A stretch of DNA of 64,000 bases from an uncultured Bacteroidales bacterium (GTDB taxonomy: Bacteria; Bacteroidota; Bacteroidia; Bacteroidales; CAIWKO01), in assembly GCA_964626855.1 (NCBI GenBank), contig CAZVKJ010000002.1, positions 101,852 through 165,851 of the forward strand. Reading direction: 5' to 3'. Shown piece after piece: positions 1 through 10,166 of this stretch. Within the stretch, counting starts at the first letter, position 1; each line of letters starts with the position of its first letter. The notes under the pieces are model-generated. The model saw nothing but the letters and a program-made list of their open reading frames with translations, did no database searches and was not told the DNA's origin. The position numbers and the translations under genes are program-made.

Positions 1-2488
1 GCTGAAACTGGTCTTCAACGGGTTTGCGTGATTTTTTTTCTTTATGTGAAATTTCTTCCCCGCTGTGATTTTTTTCAAGAAGGTGGAGCATTTCATTGGC
101 CCGGTCAACGACTACCTGAGGGATGCCTGCCATTTTTGCCACGTGTATACCAAAACTGTGCTCTGTGCCTCCCGGTACTAATTTGCGGAGGAAAATAATT
201 TTATTGGCAATCTCCTTAACACTGACATGAAAGTTTTTTATCCCCGGCATTGTTTTGGCCATTTCATTAAGTTCATGGTAGTGGGTTGCAAACAACACCT
301 TGGGTTTATATACTTTGTTTTCGTGGAGGTATTCAGCAATAGCCCATGCAATGGAAATTCCATCATAAGTGCTGGTTCCCCTGCCGATTTCATCGAGCAG
401 TACCAGGCTTCTTGCCGAGATATTGTTCAAAATACTTGCAGTTTCGTTCATTTCAACCATGAAGGTTGATTCGCCTGATGAAATATTATCTGATGCTCCA
501 ACGCGGGTAAAGATCTTATCCACAAGGCCGATGGCTGCTTTTTCAGCAGGAACATAACATCCTGCCTGTGCCAGCAGTACAATCAGTGCAGTCTGCCTTA
601 AAAGTGCCGATTTCCCTGACATGTTTGGCCCGGTAATAATAATTATTTGCTGATTATTATTATCAAGAAAGATATCATTCGCAATATATTTTTCACCTGC
701 CGGAAGGTTCTGTTCAATGACCGGATGCCGGCCATTTTTTATGTCAATGGCCAGCGAATCGTTGATTTCGGGTCGGACATAATTGTTGCGTGTGGCAACA
801 GTGGTAAATGATAACAGGCAATCGATCCGCGAGATGAGTGAGGCATTGAGCTGTATGGGCTTAATATAATCGAACAGAGCTACAATAAGGTCATTGTATA
901 ATTTAGATTCCAGTGAAAGAATTTTTTCTTCGGCCCCTAAAATCTTATCCTCATATTCTTTTAATTCTTCTGTGATATACCGTTCGCAATTGGCAAGGGT
1001 TTGCTTGCGGGTCCAGTCAGCCGGGACTTTGTTTTTATGTGTATTGGTAACTTCAATATAATAGCCGAATACATTGTTGAAAGCTATTTTCAAGGAAGGA
1101 ATACCGGTTTTTTCACTTTCGCGTTGTTGTATTTGCAACAGGTAATCTTTGCCTGAATAAGCCAGCTTTCTTAATTCATCCAGTTCGTCAGAAACCCCGT
1201 CTTTTATTACATTGCCTTTATTTGCCAGGGCAGGTGGATCAGATTGTATATCATGTTCGATACGGTCGCGGATAAGTTTACAGCCATTCAGTTGTTCGCC
1301 AATTTTGTTCAGGGCCGGATTTTGGGTTTCTTCAAAACTCTTTTTTACACATTCTATCGCGGATAATGCTCTTTTGATCTGAACGATCTCGCGGGGATTG
1401 ATTTTTCCGATAGCAACCTTTGAAATCAGGCGTTCCAGGTCGCCTATGTTTTTTACGTTTTTTCGGAGTTCTTCTGTGAACTCCGCATCGGCAAGAAAAA
1501 AACCGACAATATCCAAGCGTTCGTCAATCAGCTGTTTGTCTTTTAAAGGCATCACAATCCAGCGTTTCAGCATGCGGCTGCCCATGGGAGTCAGGGTCTG
1601 GTCAATTACATCAACCAGCGTTGTTGCTTTTTCGTTGGATGAATGCAATAATTCCAGGTTTCGTACCGTAAATTTGTCGATCCATACATAATGGTCTTCC
1701 TCAATACGGCTCAGCTTTGAGATATGGCTTATTTTGTCGTGCTGCGTTTCTGCAAGATAATGCATAGCTGCACCGGCTGCTATGATGCCAAATTCGAGAT
1801 CCTCCACCCCGAATCCTTTAAGTGATGCTGTCTGAAAATGATTTTGCAAAATGTTGTTGGCAAAATCAGGTGTAAAGACCCAGTCGTCGAAAGTGGAAGT
1901 GTAAAATTTATCCCCATATGTTTCAACAAATTCGCGCTGTTTGTTTTTCTGGACAACGACCTCGTTGGGGTGGAAGCCCTGCAGCAGGTTGTCGATGTAT
2001 TCTTTACTTCCCTGGGCCAGGTAAAACTCACCGGTAGAAATATCAAGAAAGGCCACGCCGTTGATGCGGGGGCCTAAATGTATACTGGCAAGAAAATTAT
2101 TCTCTTTGTGTTCAAGAACCTTATCGTTGTATGCGACACCCGGAGTTACAATTTCTGTAATTCCGCGTTTTACAATTTTCTTTGTTAGTTTCGGGTCTTC
2201 AAGCTGGTCACAGATGGCAACACGCAATCCCGCCTTCACAAGTTTGGGCAGGTACGTGTCGAGAGCATGGTGAGGAAAGCCCGCCAGGTCAATGTACGAA
2301 GCCGAACCATTGGCACGTTTTGTCAACACTATTCCTAAAATTGATGAAGCCCTGATGGCATCGTCTCCGAAAGTTTCGTAAAAGTCTCCCACGCGAAATA
2401 ACAACAATGCATCAGGATATTTTGCCTTGATAGCATTGTGCTGCTTCATCAGCGGGGTTTCAACGATATCTTTTTTACTTTCGGACAA
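1..2488 (-). CDS. mutS: DNA mismatch repair protein MutS, N-terminal ~829 codons (3' end lies beyond the window start)
   Basis: Absent from the ORF track because its stop is off-window. The reverse strand from TTG at 2488 (in-frame TAA two codons upstream) reads [27 protein letters not shown], a MutS N-terminal signature. The same frame encodes the Walker A motif [11 protein letters not shown] at about 608-640. Confidence 0.85.
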   Translation of the reverse strand, partial: MSESKKDIVETPLMKQHNAIKAKYPDALLLFRVGDFYETFGDDAIRASSILGIVLTKRANGSASYIDLAGFPHHALDTYLPKLVKAGLRVAICDQLEDPKLTKKIVKRGITEIVTPGVAYNDKVLEHKENNFLASIHLGPRINGVAFLDISTGEFYLAQGSKEYIDNLLQGFHPNEVVVQKNKQREFVETYGDKFYTSTFDDWVFTPDFANNILQNHFQTASLKGFGVEDLEFGIIAAGAAMHYLAETQHDKISHISKLSRIEEDHYVWIDKFTVRNLELLHSSNEKATTLVDVIDQTLTPMGSRMLKRWIVMPLKDKQLIDERLDIVGFFLADAEFTEELRKNVKNIGDLERLISKVAIGKINPREIVQIKRALSAIECVKKSFEETQNPALNKIGEQLNGCKLIRDRIEHDIQSDPPALANKGNVIKDGVSDELDELRKLAYSGKDYLLQIQQRESEKTGIPSLKIAFNNVFGYYIEVTNTHKNKVPADWTRKQTLANCERYITEELKEYEDKILGAEEKILSLESKLYNDLIVALFDYIKPIQLNASLISRIDCLLSFTTVATRNNYVRPEINDSLAIDIKNGRHPVIEQNLPAGEKYIANDIFLDNNNQQIIIITGPNMSGKSALLRQTALIVLLAQAGCYVPAEKAAIGLVDKIFTRVGASDNISSGESTFMVEMNETASILNNISARSLVLLDEIGRGTSTYDGISIAWAIAEYLHENKVYKPKVLFATHYHELNEMAKTMPGIKNFHVSVKEIANKIIFLRKLVPGGTEHSFGIHVAKMAGIPQVVVDRANEMLHLLEKNHSGEEISHKEKKSRKPVEDQFQ

Positions 2489-2572
2489 GTGGGGTTTATT
2501 TTAAAGCAAATTTAGGCTTTTTAGCGAAAAAAGGGTTTTAATGCAAAAGATTTGATGTGGTGCAACAACATT

Positions 2573-2938
2573 TCATTCTTCTTTTACTTTTTTATTGATC
2601 ACAAGAAAATAGAAATCATTATCCAATTCCAGATACCCCTGTTCATAACAAAAATGGTATATCGAGCCTTTCTGCGTTTTATAAATACTGGTGAAATAGT
2701 TGAAATCGAATCCTTTTTCGAGCAGTTTCTTCTTATGTACCTTGGTTTTTTCCTGCTGGTTAAGGTCTTCCAATATTCTCCGGTTTTTTCGCAGGATGTT
2801 ATTGATGTTCCTGACCAGGTTGGTGTTATCTCTGTTCAGCTTGTTGTTGTATGCATTACGGCACATATCCGAGCAGAATTTTTTATCGATTCGCCCGTTG
2901 AATTCTTCGCCGCATTCGAGGCATTGACGTTTTTCCAT
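2573..2938 (-). CDS. small zinc-ribbon protein, conserved hypothetical (121 aa)
   Basis: The ORF has an N-terminal CxxC...CxxxC pattern (CLECGEEF...FCSDMCRNAY) followed by a basic, helical-looking region. Composition is protein-like, and the overlapping plus-strand ORFs look like antisense artefacts. Confidence 0.6.
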   Translation of the reverse strand: MEKRQCLECGEEFNGRIDKKFCSDMCRNAYNNKLNRDNTNLVRNINNILRKNRRILEDLNQQEKTKVHKKKLLEKGFDFNYFTSIYKTQKGSIYHFCYEQGYLELDNDFYFLVINKKVKEE

Positions 2939-3370
2939 GTGGTGGGATTTTAGGCTGCTTGGTTGATTAAACTATTAGGAAGGAAGCTGTTTGGGTTGTT
3001 TAGATATTTATGTGTTTATTATGTGAAACGGGCTTAAAAAAAAAGTATTAAGGTGAATTAAAGGCATGTTTTTACAATAATGATGTATAACTTAAATAAA
3101 CCATTTCCCCGTTCTTAAAATCTTCTACTTATTAATCCTTTACAATCAGTCATCAGCCTACCTAAGCGCCTAATAGTCAAAACAACTAATAATCTTCTTC
3201 TTTCCCGAAATTCTCCCCAAATATACAAAAAATATCCGCTTACAAACGACTACAAACGACTTTATCCGAATACAAGTATTTAATAACCGAATAAGTTTTT
3301 TGGGTGGTGGTTACTTTGCATCGTCAAATTTTTTATGACAAAAATGTTTAACCTTTAAATACAAATTAAA

Positions 3371-3757
3371 ATGGAAAAATCAGTTAACAAAGTAGAATTA
3401 AGCGGATTCGCAGGTATGAATCCTGAAGTAAAAACCATGAGCAACGGTGCGCAGATGCTTCGCTTTTCGCTGGCCACAAGCAGCAGTTATAAAAACAAAA
3501 ATGACGAATGGGTGCGCGATACCACATGGCATAATATCGTTATGTGGGATAAAGTTGCTGAACTGGCTCTTGACAAAATCAAAAAAGGAACGTTTGTTAG
3601 CCTCAGCGGTAAAATAGTGAACAGACAATTTACAGATAAAAACGGTGTAAAGCAAAATGTGGTTGAAATCAGGGCAATAACATTTGAAGCCACCGAAATT
3701 GCTAAAAAAGCCGACGAAGAGCCTGTGAAAAAATCTCCTGAAAAGAAAAAAGCGTAA
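3371..3757 (+). CDS. ssb: single-stranded DNA-binding protein paralog (OB fold) lacking the canonical acidic C-terminal tip
   Basis: The sequence NKVELSGFAG...LRFSLATSSSYKNKNDEWVRDTTWHNIVMWDKVAE...GKIVNRQFTDKNG has an SSB-type OB-fold pattern. The C-terminus is lysine-rich (EEPVKKSPEKKKA) rather than D-D-D-I/L-P-F. A strong terminator follows. Confidence 0.75.
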   Translation: MEKSVNKVELSGFAGMNPEVKTMSNGAQMLRFSLATSSSYKNKNDEWVRDTTWHNIVMWDKVAELALDKIKKGTFVSLSGKIVNRQFTDKNGVKQNVVEIRAITFEATEIAKKADEEPVKKSPEKKKA

Positions 3758-3780
3758 AGCTAATTTCAAAAAACAGAAAA

Positions 3781-3811
3781 GCCCCGCCAAAACATTGGCG
3801 GGGCTTTTTTT
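3781..3811 (+). terminator. rho-independent terminator after ssb
   Basis: Perfect 8-bp GC stem gccccgcc/ggcggggc with an 8-nt loop, followed by a T7 run. Confidence 0.75.
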
Positions 3812-3988
3812 ATCGTATAAAAAAAGAAAACCCGAAGAGTTAACGATTAAACGAGTTTTTTTAATCTAAAAATACTATTTTCCAATGAACAGCAAATCTT
3901 GTAAAACTAAAAGGATATAGTTTCCTGCAATGCCGATGTTACGGATTGAATAGCGTCTGCCAATAATTGAAGCAATGGCAAAATTTAT

Positions 3989-3996
3989 TAGTTTTG
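3989..3996 (+). promoter_or_regulatory. candidate Bacteroidota -7 promoter box (TAnnTTTG) for topB
   Basis: TAGTTTTG lies 44 nt upstream of the ATG at 4040. Confidence 0.35.
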
Positions 3997-4039
3997 TTTT
4001 CTTTAACGGAAAATTGGATAGTGCCAAAAGAAAAAATCT

Positions 4040-6202
4040 ATGAAAGTTTGCATAGCTGAAAAACCCAGTGTAGCCAAAGAAATCGCAAGGATATTGAAAG
4101 CCAATACCCGTAAAGACGGCTATTTTGAGGGGAATGGCTATCAGATCACCTGGACATTTGGGCATTTATGCACGCTCAAAAACCCCGATGATTATACTCC
4201 CGATTGGAAACTCTGGCGAATGAATGCCTTGCCAATGATTCCGCCTCGCTTTGGCATTAAACTCATAGAAAACGATGGCGTAAAAAAACAGTTTAATACC
4301 ATAAAAAAACTGGTTACAGAATGCAATGAAGTCATAAATTGCGGTGATGCCGGAATTGAAGGAGAACTTATTCAACGCTGGGTGCTTACAAAAGCTGAAT
4401 ATTCAAAACCCATGAAGCGTTTATGGATATCATCGATGACCGATGAGGCCATAAAAGAAGGGTTTGAAAAACTGAAAGACGGAAAGGATTTTGACCGCCT
4501 GTACTCTGCTGGAAACGCACGCGCTATTGGTGACTGGTTGCTAGGCATGAATGCCAGCCGATTATATACATTAAAATATGCCGGTGGAAAAGGTGTTTTA
4601 TCCATTGGAAGAGTTCAAACGCCTACGCTTGCTCTTATCGTTCGCCGTTTTGAAGAGATACAAAACTTTGTTTCAAAACCTTTTTGGGAAATAAAAACAA
4701 ATTACCGGGACGTGATTTTTAACTCTACCAATGGCCGATTTAATACAGTGGAGGAAGCAGCCCGGATCATCGAAGAAATAAAGACAAATCTTTTCGAAGT
4801 TGTATCGTTTGAACAAAAAAAAGGAAATGAAGCCCCTCCAAAATTGTTTGATCTTACGGCATTACAAGTTGAGTGTAACAGAAAGTTTAGTTATACTGCC
4901 GAAGATACCTTGAAATATATCCAAAGTCTGTATGAGAAAAAAATGGTAACGTATCCCCGTGTTGATACCACTTTTTTGCCAAATGACATGTATCCAAAGA
5001 TAGAGGGTATTTTAAAGAATATGGAGCCCTATGCCAACTTTACCGTGCCTTTGCTTGGGAAGACGATCAGAAAAAGTAAAAAAGTGTTCGACGATAATAA
5101 AATCACCGATCACCATGCTATAATTCCTACAGGTATAAAGCCTTCCGGACTGATGCTGGAGGAAAAAAAAGTTTATGACATGATCGCCCGCAGATTTATT
5201 GCAGCATTTTATCCCGACTGTATTGTATCGAATACCACCGTGATGGGGCAGGTTTGTACCCATGAATTTAAAGCCACAGGGAAAGTAATTCTGGAAGATG
5301 GATGGCGCGTGTTGTATCCTAAAAAAGAAAACGACAAGGAAGGTGAATCCGATGCCAACGAAGAACAAATTATGCCTGTTTTTGTGAAAGGAGAAAAGGG
5401 TGAACATATTCCCGACCTGCTGGAGAAGCAAACGCAGCCTCCCAAGATGCTTACCGAGGCCACCTTACTCAGGGCCATGGAAACAGCCGGCAAACAGGTG
5501 GAAGATGAAGAACTTCGTGAACTAATGAAGGAAAATGGTATCGGACGGCCATCAACCCGTGCCAATATTATAGAAACCTTGTTCAAACGGAAATTTATTA
5601 CCCGCGAAAAGAAAAACCTGGTACCCACGCAAACCGGAATTCAATTAATTCATACCATTCAGAACGAGTTGCTGAAATCGGCTGAGTTAACAGGAATGTG
5701 GGAAAAGAAATTACGCCAGATTGAAAAAGGGGATTACGATCCTAAAACCTTTCTGGATGAAATGAAAGAAATGGTTAAACAATTGGTTACAGAAGTTAAA
5801 CGCGAGACCAACAAAACAATTGTCATCGAACAGGAGGCGACTCCTGAAGAAAAAAAGTCAGAAAAGACGGAAAAGCCTTTATCATCTGAAAATGAAAAAC
5901 CGGAATCTAAGAAAACTGTTGAAAAAGTAATTGATATGGCTGCGGTTACTTGTCCGAAATGTAAAAAAGGTACGATACTCAAAGGCAAGACAGCTTATGG
6001 ATGCAGCGAATACAAGAGCGGGTGTAATTTTAAAGTTCTGTTTGAACAGTATGGGAAAGTGCTTAATGAAAAACAGATGTTTTCTTTGATCCAAAAAGGA
6101 AAGACGTCGAAGATAAAAGGCTTACAAGTAGATGGTCAAACGATAGAATCTGGTTTAGCTTTCGACTCTTCGTTTAATGTTGTTGCTGTATTAAAAAAGT
6201 AG
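4040..6202 (+). CDS. topB: DNA topoisomerase III (type IA) with C-terminal zinc-ribbon
   Basis: Toprim start MKVCIAEKPSVAKEIA, then ITWTFGHL and GRVQTPTLALIV, and the active-site region ITYPRVDT-like MVTYPRVDTTFL. Also GIGRPSTRANIIETL and a C-terminal CPKCKKG...CSEYKSGC ribbon. Confidence 0.85.
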   Translation: MKVCIAEKPSVAKEIARILKANTRKDGYFEGNGYQITWTFGHLCTLKNPDDYTPDWKLWRMNALPMIPPRFGIKLIENDGVKKQFNTIKKLVTECNEVINCGDAGIEGELIQRWVLTKAEYSKPMKRLWISSMTDEAIKEGFEKLKDGKDFDRLYSAGNARAIGDWLLGMNASRLYTLKYAGGKGVLSIGRVQTPTLALIVRRFEEIQNFVSKPFWEIKTNYRDVIFNSTNGRFNTVEEAARIIEEIKTNLFEVVSFEQKKGNEAPPKLFDLTALQVECNRKFSYTAEDTLKYIQSLYEKKMVTYPRVDTTFLPNDMYPKIEGILKNMEPYANFTVPLLGKTIRKSKKVFDDNKITDHHAIIPTGIKPSGLMLEEKKVYDMIARRFIAAFYPDCIVSNTTVMGQVCTHEFKATGKVILEDGWRVLYPKKENDKEGESDANEEQIMPVFVKGEKGEHIPDLLEKQTQPPKMLTEATLLRAMETAGKQVEDEELRELMKENGIGRPSTRANIIETLFKRKFITREKKNLVPTQTGIQLIHTIQNELLKSAELTGMWEKKLRQIEKGDYDPKTFLDEMKEMVKQLVTEVKRETNKTIVIEQEATPEEKKSEKTEKPLSSENEKPESKKTVEKVIDMAAVTCPKCKKGTILKGKTAYGCSEYKSGCNFKVLFEQYGKVLNEKQMFSLIQKGKTSKIKGLQVDGQTIESGLAFDSSFNVVAVLKK

Positions 6203-6381
6203 AAAATGGGTTTGCAAGTGCTGGTATGACTGCCATATGCGAGACGCGACGGGAAACCAAGCTGTCATTACGTATGTGCGCATATCGGGTTTTATCGTTC
6301 TATTCTCTGTCCATGAAACCTTACAACGTGCGCATTATCAAAGATGTTATTTGCCTTAACGCAACAAAATCTTAATAAATT

Positions 6382-8457
6382 CTAATCTTTTGCATGCCGT
6401 TTTTTAAACTCATCTACCCCCTGCTGCAGGAATTTTACGAAGTTTTCAGGATTCAGGTCATAGGCTTTTGGCTTGCCAAGCTCTGCTTTTTGAACATCTG
6501 CCTTATCTTTTAAATCAACAAAGGGGTCTAATAAAACATAATACGGTTGTGCATTTACATTGAAAAAATAAACCTGAAAATCAGCATATTTTTTTCCGAT
6601 AGTCTTTTTTACCTGTCCGTCATATTTAGAGGTAACCCAATCTGATTTTTCCATTTCTTTTTTGTCATCCACATAAAGCGTGATAATAAGGTAGTTTTCT
6701 CTTAATATCTTTAACACTTCCGGGTCAGACCAGACATTGGCCTCCATTTCGCGGCAATTGACACAACCATGCCCGGTAAAATCTATGAAAACCGGTTTGG
6801 TTTGCGCACGGGCACAAGCAATGCCTTGTTCAAAATCAAAATAACCTTTCAGGCCATGGGGCAGATGAAGAAATTCCCCGTATTTGGGATTATCGCAAAG
6901 ACCCTTAATCTCGCCTTTATTTTCCCTCACTATTTTATTTATGTCAAAATCCATTGATTCTTGTGGCGGAATATAACCAGATAACACTTTCAGGGGGGCT
7001 CCAAACATCCCCGGAATCATGTAGGCAACAAAAGAAAAAGTAATTATTGCAAGCATCAGACGAATAACACCCACATGCTTCACATCGCTGTCATGAACAA
7101 ATTTAATTTTTCCAAGCAAATAAAAACCCATCAAAGCAAAAATCACAATCCACAAAGCCAGATAAACTTCGCGGTCGAGGATGCCCCAATGATAGGTTTG
7201 ATCTGCAATGCTCAGGAATTTAAGTCCAAACGCCAATTCAATAAAACCCAAAACCACTTTTACCGAATTCAGCCACCCGCCTGATTTTGGCAACCGGCTT
7301 AGCCATGAAGGGAAAAATGCAAATAATGTAAATGGCAGGGCGAATGCCACTGAAAACCCCAACATTCCAACAATAGGCTCAAGCACCTGTCCGCTGGCCG
7401 ATTTTACCAGGATTGCCCCCACCAATGGGCCTGTGCAGGAAAAAGAAACAAGCACCAGGGTAAACGCCATAAAAAAGGAACCCAAAATACCCCCTTTGTC
7501 GGCCTGTTTGTCGGATTTATTAATCATCCATCCCGGCAGGGTAATTTCAAACATTCCGAAAAATGATGCGGCAAAAACAACAAAAATGATAAAAAACAAC
7601 ACATTCGGGAACCAGTGTGTGCTAAGAAAATTAGCAAAATTTACACCCAGGGTAATCGCGACAATAGTACCTATGACTGTGTAAATCAGAATGATAGAAA
7701 AACCGAAAATGATGGCTTTTATTATGGATTTGGCACGACTTTCACCTTCATGCATAAAAAAGGAAACTGTCATCGGAATCATCGGGAATACACATGGGGT
7801 TAATATAGCGGCCAGGCCTGCCAGGAATGCAAAAATGAATAAGCCCCACAAACTCTCAAAGTCGGAGTTTTTGTCATCATTGCTCAATGTGCCTTTGTTG
7901 ATAGTGTCGTTTATTGTCTTAGCACTACTGTCAACGCTTGTTGTGGCAACAGAGTCAGAAATTACTGTATCTGCATTGTTTATTTCGGCCGAAGCACCTT
8001 CCACGTTGATCGCAAACGGAACATCTGATGGTGGCAAACAACTTTCATTGTTACAACACATAAAGGTTACCGCCCCTTTCACCGTAAAAGGCTTGTTTTT
8101 CAATAATTGTATTTTTTGTTTGAATACAGCTTTTGTGGAAAAGTATTTAACAAGCATATTGTCAAAGTTCGGATCCTTTTCAACAATGGGCTTGGGTTCT
8201 GTTACTTTGCCGGTAAGACGATAAAAATTGCTTTTCTCAAAAACAAATTCTGTAGGAATCGGGCCATTTTCAGGAATATCCTGTGAGTAAAGATGCCAGC
8301 CCTTGTCGATGGTTGCCGTAAATATCAGTTCAGCCTGATCGGCTGAAACCTTTTTTGAGGAAAATGCCCATGTAACGGGTTTCAGTATCTGCGCCCCGGC
8401 AAAAGAATAACTTAAAAGCAAGAGTATAAAAATCCAAAAACTTTTTTTTAAAGTCAT
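6382..8457 (-). CDS. dsbD: thiol:disulfide interchange protein DsbD (DsbD-alpha, CcdA-type TM core, thioredoxin domain)
   Basis: A signal peptide is followed by a periplasmic N-domain containing CCNNESC. The polytopic core has LTPCVFPMIP and FSCTGP. The C-terminal thioredoxin fold has FTGHGCVNCREME (CXXC). Confidence 0.85.
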   Translation of the reverse strand: MTLKKSFWIFILLLLSYSFAGAQILKPVTWAFSSKKVSADQAELIFTATIDKGWHLYSQDIPENGPIPTEFVFEKSNFYRLTGKVTEPKPIVEKDPNFDNMLVKYFSTKAVFKQKIQLLKNKPFTVKGAVTFMCCNNESCLPPSDVPFAINVEGASAEINNADTVISDSVATTSVDSSAKTINDTINKGTLSNDDKNSDFESLWGLFIFAFLAGLAAILTPCVFPMIPMTVSFFMHEGESRAKSIIKAIIFGFSIILIYTVIGTIVAITLGVNFANFLSTHWFPNVLFFIIFVVFAASFFGMFEITLPGWMINKSDKQADKGGILGSFFMAFTLVLVSFSCTGPLVGAILVKSASGQVLEPIVGMLGFSVAFALPFTLFAFFPSWLSRLPKSGGWLNSVKVVLGFIELAFGLKFLSIADQTYHWGILDREVYLALWIVIFALMGFYLLGKIKFVHDSDVKHVGVIRLMLAIITFSFVAYMIPGMFGAPLKVLSGYIPPQESMDFDINKIVRENKGEIKGLCDNPKYGEFLHLPHGLKGYFDFEQGIACARAQTKPVFIDFTGHGCVNCREMEANVWSDPEVLKILRENYLIITLYVDDKKEMEKSDWVTSKYDGQVKKTIGKKYADFQVYFFNVNAQPYYVLLDPFVDLKDKADVQKAELGKPKAYDLNPENFVKFLQQGVDEFKKRHAKD

Positions 8458-8503
8458 AAAGGTTCGTTTAGTTTTTTGTGACGGTTTATTTATATGCTAT
8501 AAA

Positions 8504-8511
8504 CAAATATA
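8504..8511 (-). promoter_or_regulatory. candidate -7 promoter box for dsbD
   Basis: The plus strand reads caaatata, so the coding strand reads TATATTTG. It lies 47-54 nt upstream of the ATG at 8457. Confidence 0.35.
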
Positions 8512-8517
8512 ATCATT

Positions 8518-9846
8518 TTATTCTAACAATTTTACCTGCAAAATAGTATGTGTCCCCTTTTTAATTTTGAACCGATCGTCAATTCTCATGCCGATAACCC
8601 AGACGATTTTGTTTTCGGAGCAAAGCAGCCATATACTTGATTTTTCGATCACCGACAATTTGTCATTGCTGAAAAAATCACTTAGCTTTTTTTTACCTTT
8701 CATTCCATATGGATAAAAAATATCGCCTTTTTTCCATTTACGCAACGTTAATGGATATTTGAGCAAATCACGGTTAAGCAGGGCTGTTTTATCATCTGTA
8801 ATAAAGCTTTTTAATTCAGCAGGACCTTTCAATGTAAACGTAAGTTTAACCGGCTCATCGATCTGTTTGGTTTCTTCCGTTAAGATATATTCGTCAGTAA
8901 ATTTCGTGGCATTGAGTTCTTCAATGAGCAGGTGCTCACGGTCTTTAACAAGGCGGTGCGTTTTTGAAAAAAAAGTTTTTCCGGAAATATTTTCAAGGGC
9001 ACTGCAAATATCTTCACAAACATGCTTATTGAATCCGTATGGTGAAATAAATTCAAAAAGGTAAGATGATGTGGGCGTCAGCTTGATTAGCTCTTTTATG
9101 GAAATGGTCAACAAGCCGTTCCGGCCCGGTTTCAGTGGGGAAATATTTTCCAGATGATTACGATATATCGTATCCGTATTTTTCAGGTTTCCGATGGCAG
9201 ATTGGATTGATTGCCTGTAATTGGGGTACAGTTGTTCCATCAATGGCAGCAAATTGTTCCTGATCTTGTTTCTCAGGTATTTGTTTTCATTGTTGGATGA
9301 ATCGGTGCGGTATTTTAGATTATAGTTTTTTACAAATGATTCTATATCTTTTCTGAAAGCAAAAAGCATTGGCCGAATAATATTTCCGTGTTTTACGGGA
9401 ATTCCGGAAAGCCCGGTTATGCCGCTTCCCCGAAGAAGGTTGATAAAAAATGTTTCGATCTGGTCATCGGCATGATGTGCCGTTGCAATTGAATCAAAGC
9501 CTTCTTTTGCCAGAGTTTCTTCAAAAAAATTATACCGGAGTTCACGTGCAGCTTCCTGAACAGTAAGTTTTTTTTGCCGGGCATATTTTTTTGTATCAAA
9601 GTGAGCAACAAAGCAACGGGTTTTGTATTTTTTTGATGCAAGCTCCCTTACGAAAAATTCATCTGCATCAGACTCGGTGTCCCGAAGGTGAAAATTACAA
9701 TGTGTTATAGCAAACTTATAGCCGGCCATGTGAAAAAGTTCAGCCATTACAACCGAATCCATCCCACCGCTTACAGCCAGAAGTATGTTGTCTGATTTTG
9801 AACACAAGGCATATTTTTCAATATGTTCACTAAATTTTCCGATCAT
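8518..9846 (-). CDS. tilS: tRNA(Ile)-lysidine synthetase TilS
   Basis: PP-loop motif LLAVSGGMDSVVM is followed by a TilS-like body and a C-terminal domain. The start is set at the internal Met (MIGKFSEH...) because the longer track ORF (to 9921) runs through a terminator hairpin and into the tRNA-Phe gene. Confidence 0.85.
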   Translation of the reverse strand: MIGKFSEHIEKYALCSKSDNILLAVSGGMDSVVMAELFHMAGYKFAITHCNFHLRDTESDADEFFVRELASKKYKTRCFVAHFDTKKYARQKKLTVQEAARELRYNFFEETLAKEGFDSIATAHHADDQIETFFINLLRGSGITGLSGIPVKHGNIIRPMLFAFRKDIESFVKNYNLKYRTDSSNNENKYLRNKIRNNLLPLMEQLYPNYRQSIQSAIGNLKNTDTIYRNHLENISPLKPGRNGLLTISIKELIKLTPTSSYLFEFISPYGFNKHVCEDICSALENISGKTFFSKTHRLVKDREHLLIEELNATKFTDEYILTEETKQIDEPVKLTFTLKGPAELKSFITDDKTALLNRDLLKYPLTLRKWKKGDIFYPYGMKGKKKLSDFFSNDKLSVIEKSSIWLLCSENKIVWVIGMRIDDRFKIKKGTHTILQVKLLE

Positions 9847-9858
9847 TGATACAAAGGT

Positions 9859-9887
9859 AAAAAAAAAGCACATCGGATGATGTGCTT
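9859..9887 (-). terminator. rho-independent terminator downstream of tRNA-Phe
   Basis: On the minus strand the stem aagcacatc/gatgtgctt has a 4-nt loop and is followed by a T-run of about 8. It starts 5 nt past the tRNA 3' end. Confidence 0.6.
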
Positions 9888-9891
9888 TCTG

Positions 9892-9964
<73 letters not shown>

Positions 9965-9982
9965 TCCCGTTAAAAAGGATTG

Positions 9983-9990
9983 CAAAGATA
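9983..9990 (-). promoter_or_regulatory. candidate -7 promoter box for tRNA-Phe
   Basis: The coding strand reads TATCTTTG (perfect TAnnTTTG), 19 nt upstream of the tRNA 5' end. Confidence 0.45.
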
Positions 9991-10166
9991 CAATCTTTTT
10001 TTATTTTCAAAGAAATATGGACGAAAAAAGTAAAATCTTTTTGGAATGACCGAATATTATTTAAAACATTATTTTACCAAGAATCAATCCTAACACACAA
10101 GATTTTCCTGTTGTTTTGAACTCCAAACATGTACTTTTTATGAAAAAAGTAAAGACTAAAATAATG

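Noticed and set aside
3241-3260. Direct tandem decamer tacaaacgac x2 in the ssb upstream region.
   Set aside because: There are only two copies of 10 nt and no partner sites elsewhere in the window. That is too little to call an operator or a repeat element.
3311-3318. ttactttg upstream of ssb considered as a -7 promoter box.
   Set aside because: It is one base short of the TAnnTTTG spacing (TA-C-TTTG), so it was not reported as a feature.
6203-6381. Noticeably GC-richer convergent spacer between topB and dsbD. It contains a 49-codon ORF (6227..6376, MTAICETRRETKLSLRMCAY…) and an imperfect hairpin (gtatgactgcc…gctgtcattac).
   Set aside because: No recognisable RNA family, no clean terminator structure, and the short ORF has no start context or motif. 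It could be a decayed gene fragment, but nothing can be supported from the sequence alone.
7208-8224. 158-aa and 177-aa plus-strand ORFs inside dsbD.
   Set aside because: They are antisense to a gene with clear DsbD motifs along its full length. Their composition is antisense-like and they have no recognisable motifs.
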